Shown piece after piece: positions 39,925 to 48,168 of a stretch of 64,000 bases of DNA. A program made the translations under genes and the position numbers. The DNA lies in assembly GCA_039809245.1 (NCBI GenBank), contig JBDHUP010000004.1, forward strand, positions 12,599 through 76,598, written 5' to 3'. Every line of letters begins with the position of its first letter. Position 1 is the stretch's first letter. This stretch comes from Minisyncoccia bacterium. Its GTDB lineage: Bacteria; Patescibacteriota; Minisyncoccia; Phycocordibacterales; UBA9973. The notes beneath the pieces were generated by a model. That model did no database searches. It had not been told where the DNA came from and was given only the letters and a program-made list of their open reading frames with translations.

Positions 39925-40302
39925 CTACTTACCAAAAATTCTTTTTATAAAATTCCAAAACCCGTGTTCTTGAGACTCTTCAGTAGGTGTAGCCTGATCC
40001 TGATCTTCAACAATCAGAACTTCTTTCTCTCCTGGCTTAACGACTTGAAATTTATCTCTAACGGATTCCTCTACACCTTCTTCTGTGTTTAATTTGTCTA
40101 TATCAGCTGAGAGTTTAGATTCTCGCTTTCTTAATTCATCCATTTTGTTAAGTTCAGAGGCTCTATTCTTACTTGTCTCACGCTCTTTCTTTATAAGTCC
40201 AACCATATTATAAGCAAAGCCTACGAAAACACAAAAAAGTACTATCAAAGCTAGCGGTGAATGCCATAATGCGTATTTATTTTTCTTCTTGAATTCTGAC
40301 AT
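39925..40302 (-). CDS. septum formation initiator (FtsB/DivIC-like; start revised to ATG 40302)
   Basis: TM, coiled coil, EESVRDKFQVVKPGE. Confidence 0.8.
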   Translation of the reverse strand: MSEFKKKNKYALWHSPLALIVLFCVFVGFAYNMVGLIKKERETSKNRASELNKMDELRKRESKLSADIDKLNTEEGVEESVRDKFQVVKPGEKEVLIVEDQDQATPTEESQEHGFWNFIKRIFGK

Positions 40303-40353
40303 AAAAACTAGTATAATTATATCATGATTTTCAGCGTGAAAGGCCAAAAAAGA

Positions 40354-40434
40354 ATGAAAAAAGCTTTTACTATAATATCTATAATAGTTATTATAAGTAT
40401 GATATTGCTCTACCTTCCAGGGTTATTTAATTAG
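40354..40434 (+). CDS. possible single-TM micropeptide
   Basis: MKKAFTIISIIVIISMILLYLPGLFN; in-frame upstream starts at 40324/40336; fills the intergenic gap. Confidence 0.35.
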   Translation: MKKAFTIISIIVIISMILLYLPGLFN

Positions 40435-42227
40435 TCACCACTCCTCATCATTTTAAGGAAAACATCATGTGAGATGTTTATTTTTCCTCTGCCAGCCATC
40501 TTCTTCTTTCCCTTCTTTTGCTTCTCTCTTAGCTTCATTTTACGTGTTATATCACCTCCGTACATATGCTGAGTCACATCCTTCATAAAAGCACTGACTG
40601 ATTCGGATGAGATTATCCGGCCAAGAGCTTTACCTTGAATTTTGAAAGCAAACTGCTGACGAGGTATAACTTTCTTTAATCTTTCGACTTGAGTCTTGGC
40701 TTCTTCCTCTACTCTGCGACGCGACACTACTCTCGTAAAAGCGACCATTGGTTCATCGGCTACAAGTATATCTAAGCGAACAACATCAGCTTCCCTGTAC
40801 TCGCCTATTTCATATGATATTGAAGCGTATCCAGAAGTTAGACTTTTTAGTTCGTCAAAGAAATCACGCATAAGTTCACGAAGTGGCATTTCTAAATCTA
40901 TCGAAGATCGGTTATCTCCGAAGTTCTCTGTCATTTTAACCTCAGCTTCATGTTCATAGAAAAATGGCATCAAGAAACTCATATATTTCGAAGGCACTAT
41001 AATCTTCACATCTACCCATGGCTCAAATATTTTCTGGACATTACCGTCATCAGGAAAAAGGTGAGGAGAATAAATCATCTGCTCTTTGCCATTCCTTAGA
41101 ATAACCTTATAAGTGATGGAAGGCATAGTAACCACAAGATCTAGATCGAACTCTCGATTAAGTCGCTCTGTAACTATCTCTAAATGTAGCATTCCTAGGA
41201 AGCCACATCGAAAACCTCTTCCCAAACTACCTGAAGTCTCTTCTTCGTACGAAAATGAAGAGTCTGATAGCTTTAGCTTACCTAAGGCAGCCTTTAACTC
41301 TGGAAAATCATCTGCAGACTCAGGGTAAACAGAAGCCCAAACTACAGGTGAAGGATTCATATATCCGGGAAGCGCAGGGAGTGGGCGCTTTGTATAAGTA
41401 ATAGTATCTCCTACAGATGCGATACCTGGCTTTTTAATACCAGTTACTATATAGCCAATCTCACCTCCACTTATCTTATCTCGTGGAAATTCTTCGGGAG
41501 AAAAAGTTCCAACTTCAAGCGAAATAAATTTTTCATTGGAAACAGCAAAGAGAAGTGATTCCCCCTTTTTAAAGCTTCCGTCTATAACGCGTACGTAAAC
41601 TATAACTCCACGATGGTTGTCATATTTGAAATCAAAAACAAGAGCTCTACCTGAGGTACTCTCTTCGATAACTTTAGGAGGTGGAATTCTTTTAACGAGT
41701 TCATCAAGTAGAGTTTGGACACCTTGGCCAGTCTTACCTGATACCTCTAGGATTGTATCTGGATCAATATCTAAAAGTAGAGCAAGTTCCATCTTCGTCT
41801 CATCTACTCGAGCAAGCGGTGAATCAACCTTCGAAAGTACTGGCACAATAACAAGCCCAGACTCACGAGCCATGCCTAGAGTTGTCAGTGTTTGAGCTTG
41901 CACTCCTTGAGTACTATCCACGAGCAGTATAGAACCCTCTACAGCTTTTAGAGCACGAGATACTTCATAAGAGAAGTCTATATGTCCAGGGGTATCGATA
42001 AGGTTAAGAACATAAGTCTGACCATCAACAATATGCTCCATGCGAACTGGTTGCATTTTAATAGTAATACCACGCTCACGCTCAAGCTCCATAGAGTCTA
42101 GAACTTGGTCTTTCATCTTACGCTTCTCTATTGTACCTGTGACTTCAAGCATACGGTCAGCAAGAGTACTTTTACCGTGGTCAATATGCGCAATAATTGA
42201 GAAATTTCTAATAGACTTAACATCCAT
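40431..42227 (-). CDS. lepA: elongation factor 4
   Basis: IRNFSIIAHIDHGKSTLADR, GFRCGFLGMLH, GGDITRKMKL. Confidence 0.97.
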   Translation of the reverse strand: MDVKSIRNFSIIAHIDHGKSTLADRMLEVTGTIEKRKMKDQVLDSMELERERGITIKMQPVRMEHIVDGQTYVLNLIDTPGHIDFSYEVSRALKAVEGSILLVDSTQGVQAQTLTTLGMARESGLVIVPVLSKVDSPLARVDETKMELALLLDIDPDTILEVSGKTGQGVQTLLDELVKRIPPPKVIEESTSGRALVFDFKYDNHRGVIVYVRVIDGSFKKGESLLFAVSNEKFISLEVGTFSPEEFPRDKISGGEIGYIVTGIKKPGIASVGDTITYTKRPLPALPGYMNPSPVVWASVYPESADDFPELKAALGKLKLSDSSFSYEEETSGSLGRGFRCGFLGMLHLEIVTERLNREFDLDLVVTMPSITYKVILRNGKEQMIYSPHLFPDDGNVQKIFEPWVDVKIIVPSKYMSFLMPFFYEHEAEVKMTENFGDNRSSIDLEMPLRELMRDFFDELKSLTSGYASISYEIGEYREADVVRLDILVADEPMVAFTRVVSRRRVEEEAKTQVERLKKVIPRQQFAFKIQGKALGRIISSESVSAFMKDVTQHMYGGDITRKMKLREKQKKGKKKMAGRGKINISHDVFLKMMRSGD

Positions 42228-42232
42228 AGACC

Positions 42233-42266
42233 TATCCTATCAGAAAAAGGCTTAAAATAAAAGGCT
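42233..42266. repeat. 34-bp direct repeat, copy 1 (contains the lepA extended -10)
   Basis: TATCCTATCAGAAAAAGGCTTAAAATAAAAGGCT, identical to 44038-44071. Confidence 0.92.
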
Positions 42267-42271
42267 AAAAA

Positions 42272-44032
42272 TTATTCTATAAATCCTCCAACCTGATGAT
42301 TCCAGAGTTCAGCATAACTACCATTCTTAGCAATAAGCTCTTTATGCGTTCCTTCTTCAACTATTTTACCATCTTCGAGAACTATGATTCTGTCCATTTT
42401 CTGTATGGTTGATAAACGATGAGCTATGACTATGGTGGTTTTACCTTTCATGAGCTCGTTAAAAGCGTCTTGAATATATTGTTCACTAATACTATCAAGT
42501 GAGCTTGTAGCCTCATCTAGAATAAGAACTGGTGCATCTTTTATCATTGCACGGGCAATGGCTATACGTTGACGTTCGCCACCAGAGAGCTTAATTCCTC
42601 TTTCACCAACATACGTATCATACCCATTGGGTAATTTACTAATGAATTCATGAGCATAAGCTTTTTTAGCTACTTGTATTATTTCTTCATCAGTAGCATT
42701 TGGTTTTCCATAAGCTATATTTTCACGTATTGTTCGATGAAAAAGTATAGACTCTTGAGGAACATAAGATATTACACTCCTTAGATCATCTTGAGTTACA
42801 CTTCTTATATCTTGTCCATCTATACTTATATTACCTTCACTGACATCACTAAATCTAAGTACTAAATTAGTAAAAGTAGATTTACCTGCTCCAGAGTGAC
42901 CCACTAGTCCTATTCTCTCTCCTGGCTTTATATCAATGTTAAATTTTTCAAAAACACTTTGTCCATTTTTATACTTAAAAGATACATCTTTAAAAACAAT
43001 ATGGCCTTCTTTTATCTTTATTTTCTCTGGTTTAACTGGATCCAATATATCAGGCTTCACCTCAAAGAGATCTATCATTTCTTTCATATCAGCAGCAGAT
43101 TTCATAAACTTCATAAAAGCTGTACTCAACTGCCACAATTTATCCATCATAATTACAATATATGTCTGAATAAGCACGACAGTACCGGTAGATATTTTAT
43201 TTTGTAACCACAATTTTGCAGTTATATACAAGATTAAACTTAACATTATTGCTGAAAAAAATCCTTGAATAACTTCTATTTTGCCACTAAAAAACCAAGC
43301 TTTTTTGCTTTTTATATTTGCATCTTGTGTAATTTCTTTAAATGATTCTTCTTCTTTATCTCTATTAGAGAAAATTTTAACTGCAAATATATTACTAAAA
43401 ACATCAGCTAATCTTCCTCCAATTCTAGAATCACTCTGAGCTTCAATTGTGTCATATTTTATTTTCTTTTTTAGAAAGAAAAATATTATAGACATATAAA
43501 CAAGTATGAATATTGAGAAAAATAGAGCTATAATTTTTGATTGAGGTAAAATCACAATAAACACACCAATGAAGAAAATAATAGATGAGTAGAAATCATA
43601 AATTAATATATCAAACATAGTTTCAAAAGAACCAACAAAACGCCTTGATTTTGTGACAAGACTTCCAGAAAAATTATTAGAGAAGAAAAGTTGAGATTGT
43701 TTACTTATTTTTCGGAAAGAAAAGTTTCGTAACTCTTTTGCAACATTTACCTCAAAAGCATATATTATAAATTTACAAATTCTCGCAATAGTCGTAACTA
43801 GAAAATTTAAACCTATTGTTATAAAAACAAGTTTAAATAAATCACTTGAAACTGTAATTCTATCAAAAGAAGAGAAAGAAATAGTATCTATGATCTTTTT
43901 AAAATAAACCGGTCTTAAGATCCCTTCAAGAAAAATCCTGGTGCCAAACAGAATAAATATAGAATAAAAAGCAAGTCTATACTTCTTAATCTGTGGCCAA
44001 ACATATTTAAATATAGCTTTAAATAAAGACAT
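42272..44032 (-). CDS. ABC exporter, fused permease/ATPase (MsbA/MdlB-like)
   Basis: TM domain, GHSGAGKST, LSGGERQR, ILDEATS. Confidence 0.95.
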   Translation of the reverse strand: MSLFKAIFKYVWPQIKKYRLAFYSIFILFGTRIFLEGILRPVYFKKIIDTISFSSFDRITVSSDLFKLVFITIGLNFLVTTIARICKFIIYAFEVNVAKELRNFSFRKISKQSQLFFSNNFSGSLVTKSRRFVGSFETMFDILIYDFYSSIIFFIGVFIVILPQSKIIALFFSIFILVYMSIIFFFLKKKIKYDTIEAQSDSRIGGRLADVFSNIFAVKIFSNRDKEEESFKEITQDANIKSKKAWFFSGKIEVIQGFFSAIMLSLILYITAKLWLQNKISTGTVVLIQTYIVIMMDKLWQLSTAFMKFMKSAADMKEMIDLFEVKPDILDPVKPEKIKIKEGHIVFKDVSFKYKNGQSVFEKFNIDIKPGERIGLVGHSGAGKSTFTNLVLRFSDVSEGNISIDGQDIRSVTQDDLRSVISYVPQESILFHRTIRENIAYGKPNATDEEIIQVAKKAYAHEFISKLPNGYDTYVGERGIKLSGGERQRIAIARAMIKDAPVLILDEATSSLDSISEQYIQDAFNELMKGKTTIVIAHRLSTIQKMDRIIVLEDGKIVEEGTHKELIAKNGSYAELWNHQVGGFIE

Positions 44033-44037
44033 CGTTA

Positions 44038-44071
44038 TATCCTATCAGAAAAAGGCTTAAAATAAAAGGCT
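44038..44071. repeat. 34-bp direct repeat, copy 2 (contains the ABC gene extended -10)
   Basis: Identical to 42233-42266. Confidence 0.92.
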
Positions 44072-44073
44072 TA

Positions 44074-45762
44074 TTATAGTTCCTTCTGTTCTGGGGCGAT
44101 GACGCGTCCTTTCCAGAATTTACGATTTATAGCTTTAGTTATATCAGCAAGTTCTTTGTTTTTCATTAAAGAAAGGACTAGTATTCCAGAGGCAATACCA
44201 ATTATACCTGACATTAGTCCCTGTAATAGAATTCCAAGTCCAGTTGAAATAGTAAATATATCATCAAAGAATCCGAGAGCTAAGTAAGCCACTGCACCCA
44301 TAACTATTGCCCCAATAGCACTTTGAATAAAGGTGGTAAAAAGTTTTGATGAAGCCCCATGAAGGAAATCCTTCTTGAATAAAATCCATATAAGGAAGAA
44401 GTTAAGCAAAGATCCAAGAGCATAAGCAAGTGGAAGGGCAAGCATCATTGTCCCTGGGACGTCTTTTACACGAAGAAGGCTTTCTAAACTAGAAAGAATG
44501 GAAGGGTAAGAGCGGAATATATCTATGATAATAAAAGCAAAGACTATAACCATAAGCGATGAGAAAACATTAACAGCAAGTGGTTTCTTTGTATTCCCTG
44601 CTGCATAGTACCCACGAACAAAAAGTAAAACTAAACTCTGTGATGTAAGAGAAATGATGAATAATGCCACCGCAGCAGCAGTTAGACGTGTATCTGCCCA
44701 AGTGAAAGTATTTGATCCTAAAATTACACGGACAATCTGAGCACGTAGTACGGCCAAGAGTGTTATTACGGGTAGTGACCAGAATATTATCTGTTTTGAA
44801 GCTGATATTATTTGCCCTATAAAATTATTCATATCCTTCATTGAGAATGACTTCACAAGTATAGGAAATGCAGCGACAGAGTATGATATACCGATAATTC
44901 CTACCGGGACAGACTGTAAGTTATATGAAAATGTAAACAAAGATATGGAACCAGCTTTCAGAGTAGAAGCCATAGCTATAAGAACCACGAAGGCTAAACT
45001 ATTACAAGAAAGCGTAAGAGTTCTAGGAGCAGATATTTTTATCACATTAACAACTTCTTTCCAAATAATTTTTGAAGTAAACTTAGGGAAAAATCCATGC
45101 TTGATAACAATAGGAATCTGTATAGATAGATGGAGTATTGCACCGATTATAACTCCCCCAGCAAGACCATATACTCCAAATAAAGGATACAGGAATATTA
45201 TACCGATTAAGATACCTACATTATAAAATATTGGTGACAATGAAAATATAAAAAAGTTTCTGAATAACTGCGTAATAGTACCAATAAGATTTGATAATCC
45301 TATAAATATAGGTGAGAGTAGCATTATACGACTAGTCATGATAAGTGAATGCAATTGAGATTCACTAAACCCTGGAGCTATATAAGAGGCTATATAAGGC
45401 ATCAGAATTGCAACCAAAAGACTTACTACAACCATAAAAATCATAAAGGCGCTGAATATATTATTTATGAAAGCTTGAGCTCTTTCTTTTCCATGATCTC
45501 CTGAATTTATCTTATCCATCAGAAATGGCATCAAGACTGTAATTGAAGCAAGGGATGCAACAGAGATATAAAGAAAGTCAGGTATACGAAAAGCTGCATA
45601 ATATACATCAAGAACTGGCCCTGCCCCTACAATATGAGCTAAAGTTCTATCACGAATAAGACCTAGCAACTGAGAGAGAAAAGCAAAACCGCCAAGCAGT
45701 AAGGCGGCTTCGTTTACCCCATGAAACTCCTTATTAAGAAATGTCAGAATGCGCTTTACCAT
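44074..45762 (-). CDS. murJ: lipid II flippase MurJ
   Basis: SQLLGLIRD, YYAAFRIPD, RGYYA..NTKKP; many TM helices. Confidence 0.88.
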   Translation of the reverse strand: MVKRILTFLNKEFHGVNEAALLLGGFAFLSQLLGLIRDRTLAHIVGAGPVLDVYYAAFRIPDFLYISVASLASITVLMPFLMDKINSGDHGKERAQAFINNIFSAFMIFMVVVSLLVAILMPYIASYIAPGFSESQLHSLIMTSRIMLLSPIFIGLSNLIGTITQLFRNFFIFSLSPIFYNVGILIGIIFLYPLFGVYGLAGGVIIGAILHLSIQIPIVIKHGFFPKFTSKIIWKEVVNVIKISAPRTLTLSCNSLAFVVLIAMASTLKAGSISLFTFSYNLQSVPVGIIGISYSVAAFPILVKSFSMKDMNNFIGQIISASKQIIFWSLPVITLLAVLRAQIVRVILGSNTFTWADTRLTAAAVALFIISLTSQSLVLLFVRGYYAAGNTKKPLAVNVFSSLMVIVFAFIIIDIFRSYPSILSSLESLLRVKDVPGTMMLALPLAYALGSLLNFFLIWILFKKDFLHGASSKLFTTFIQSAIGAIVMGAVAYLALGFFDDIFTISTGLGILLQGLMSGIIGIASGILVLSLMKNKELADITKAINRKFWKGRVIAPEQKEL

Positions 45763-45775
45763 TACTTAATAAGAA

Positions 45776-48109
45776 TTATTGTTTTTCTGGTAATTGTTTT
45801 TTTGTTTGTGTGTCTGCTCCTGATGGTGTTGTCACTGCTGAATGTGACACTGAGTTTATAGCATCTTTAACATCTTGATTATCTGGTAGAACTTGTTCAA
45901 GAAGTTTGAATTGGGTTAGAGCATCATTTGCTCGACCCACTTTCTGATATGCTTGACCTAGGAAGAATCTTGCATTTAAGTAGCTATTATTTAGTATTAC
46001 AGCTTTCTCAAAAGCACTAACAGCCCCAGAATAATCAGAATTATTATATCTTAGTAATCCAAGTCTAAAGAAGATTGTAGGGTCATTAGGATTTAGTTGA
46101 GCAGCACGTTCAGCTTGTTTAATAGCTCCCCCTGCATTACCTTCATTTGTTTCTATTTGAGCAAGTAGGAATAGTGCATCAGTATAGTTAACTTTTAAGG
46201 CCAGTGCTTGATCTATTAACTTTCTAGCCTCAGAAGTATTCTTATTTTCAACCTCTAATGAAGCACGAGAAAGAATTACAGAAGGGTTGCTAGGTGCAAG
46301 TTCCTGAGCTTTAGTATACTGAGTCACCGCATTTTCATAACTCTTATCAATACCAATAGAAGCAAATGATCCGTATATGTTTCCTAGATTTACATAGTTA
46401 AGATACTGTTTAGGATTTTGACTAATAGCTGCTGCTCCGGTAGCTTCAGCTGAGTTAACTAACTGTTGGACATTTGACTTCAACGTATCCTCTGATATTG
46501 ATTTGTCATTTATTAAAGCCCTAATTTCTGCAATATAAATCTGAGATAGTGTACGGTAATATACGTCGTTCTTATCAAGTGTAAGAGCGTTCGAAAGCAT
46601 GCTTTCTGATCTTGCTAATGATTCTAGCGAGTCTGTCCCAGTAGAACCTTTTGAGAAGTAAATTATTGAAGTGAATTTTTCTGCATATAGATATGTAGTA
46701 GATAGTGTCGCAATCATAAGAACCATAAGACCTAGTATTGAGAAGAAGCTATTCCTAGGATCATCCAGGAATGAGAAATTCTTTACTGGTATGACATTAT
46801 TCGAAACTAGAATACCTACAAGCATTCCACTTGAAGCAAAAGCAAGTACAACCATAATAATATTAGGTGTATAAAGTATGATACTAACCCAAGCATATAT
46901 AGAAGTTATAATCGTCGTCATTGTGAAATAGTTTGAAAGTCTATTTTGCAATGCAATCTTTAGTGATTTTATACCTCTTATGAAAAATGCTATTAAGAAA
47001 AGTAACCACGCAGCTATACCGAGCACTCCAGTAGTTATAGCAAACGTAGCTAAAGAACTATAACCATTAGTAAAGTCTGTATTCCAGAAAACTGTCTGAG
47101 CTATTGATTGTGGCTGCCAAAGTGACCAGTCAATAACGAATGTATTTGGCCCTGTACCTAGAAGTGGATTATGCTTTATAGCTTTCCAAGCTATTTGAGC
47201 TGTAGTACTTACTGAAGGACGAACATCAATATTTGAAACACTAACATACTTCGCGATAAGACCTCCTATTGAACCACTTCCAACTAGAAAGATAAAGCTT
47301 ATAAACACTACAATAAGTGCTGCAAAAGGAAATTTCTTTGGTTCACTAGGGTTTGCTACAGCTTGAGGTCCTGTATGCTGAATTGAAATACTGTAGACAA
47401 ATATGATAGCAGCGAAAAGACCTACTAAAATCCAAACTAGAGTTATATTAATTATTGCTAAGAAAAATAATCCTATAACAATAAGGAAAATCTGCATTGC
47501 TTTAAAAAGCTTTTTTACTTTTAGAAATTCAAGAGAGAAAACAGATAGGAGAACAATTAGACCAAATAGCAGAGCAAAATCATTCCAACTACCAACAAGG
47601 TTCCCAGATGATATACCTTTTAGAAGACCTGGGGCAAAAGCAAAACCTCCGAAAACATTAACTAGTTCAAAGACAGCAAGTATCATTCCACCTAAGAATA
47701 AGAAAGCGTAGAAATACCAGATACGCTTTTCAGTTTGGAAATAAATTGAAGATAAGAAAAATAACAAGAACAATACGAGCATTGAGCCGAATGTTCCAAT
47801 CTCAAAACCACTTCCAAAGAATGAAGAGTATTTTGAGTAGGAGAAAAATGAAGAGATTAAGAAAACTAGAGGAATCAAAGCTCCAAATAAAATTAACCTG
47901 TCCTTAGGAATCGTAAACTTCCCTTCACCAAGCCTCGCTATTAACCAGAAGAATAATGATAGTGTGACTCCTACAGACACAAGGAACCCTTTACTAGCAT
48001 CGAGAGTTACTGGTAAATAAGGGATAAAGAAAAATAAGGATAAAAATAAGGTACCTAATAGAGTTGTAAATGATAATTTATTAAAAAAGCCTACTGTTTT
48101 TGATTCCAT
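45776..48109 (-). CDS. O-antigen-ligase-like multi-TM protein with C-terminal TPR repeats
   Basis: Multiple TM helices, PLLGTGPNTF, TPR patterns. Confidence 0.75.
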   Translation of the reverse strand: MESKTVGFFNKLSFTTLLGTLFLSLFFFIPYLPVTLDASKGFLVSVGVTLSLFFWLIARLGEGKFTIPKDRLILFGALIPLVFLISSFFSYSKYSSFFGSGFEIGTFGSMLVLFLLFFLSSIYFQTEKRIWYFYAFLFLGGMILAVFELVNVFGGFAFAPGLLKGISSGNLVGSWNDFALLFGLIVLLSVFSLEFLKVKKLFKAMQIFLIVIGLFFLAIINITLVWILVGLFAAIIFVYSISIQHTGPQAVANPSEPKKFPFAALIVVFISFIFLVGSGSIGGLIAKYVSVSNIDVRPSVSTTAQIAWKAIKHNPLLGTGPNTFVIDWSLWQPQSIAQTVFWNTDFTNGYSSLATFAITTGVLGIAAWLLFLIAFFIRGIKSLKIALQNRLSNYFTMTTIITSIYAWVSIILYTPNIIMVVLAFASSGMLVGILVSNNVIPVKNFSFLDDPRNSFFSILGLMVLMIATLSTTYLYAEKFTSIIYFSKGSTGTDSLESLARSESMLSNALTLDKNDVYYRTLSQIYIAEIRALINDKSISEDTLKSNVQQLVNSAEATGAAAISQNPKQYLNYVNLGNIYGSFASIGIDKSYENAVTQYTKAQELAPSNPSVILSRASLEVENKNTSEARKLIDQALALKVNYTDALFLLAQIETNEGNAGGAIKQAERAAQLNPNDPTIFFRLGLLRYNNSDYSGAVSAFEKAVILNNSYLNARFFLGQAYQKVGRANDALTQFKLLEQVLPDNQDVKDAINSVSHSAVTTPSGADTQTKKQLPEKQ

Positions 48110-48168
48110 TTTTGTTTGATTTTACGAGTAATAATACTAATTATTATACATAATATACCTAGATAATA

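Noticed and set aside
38982-40092. Plus-strand ORFs over tRNA-Phe and tRNA-Gly (also 55736-55918 and 57298-57621)
   Set aside because: Antisense translations of tRNA genes
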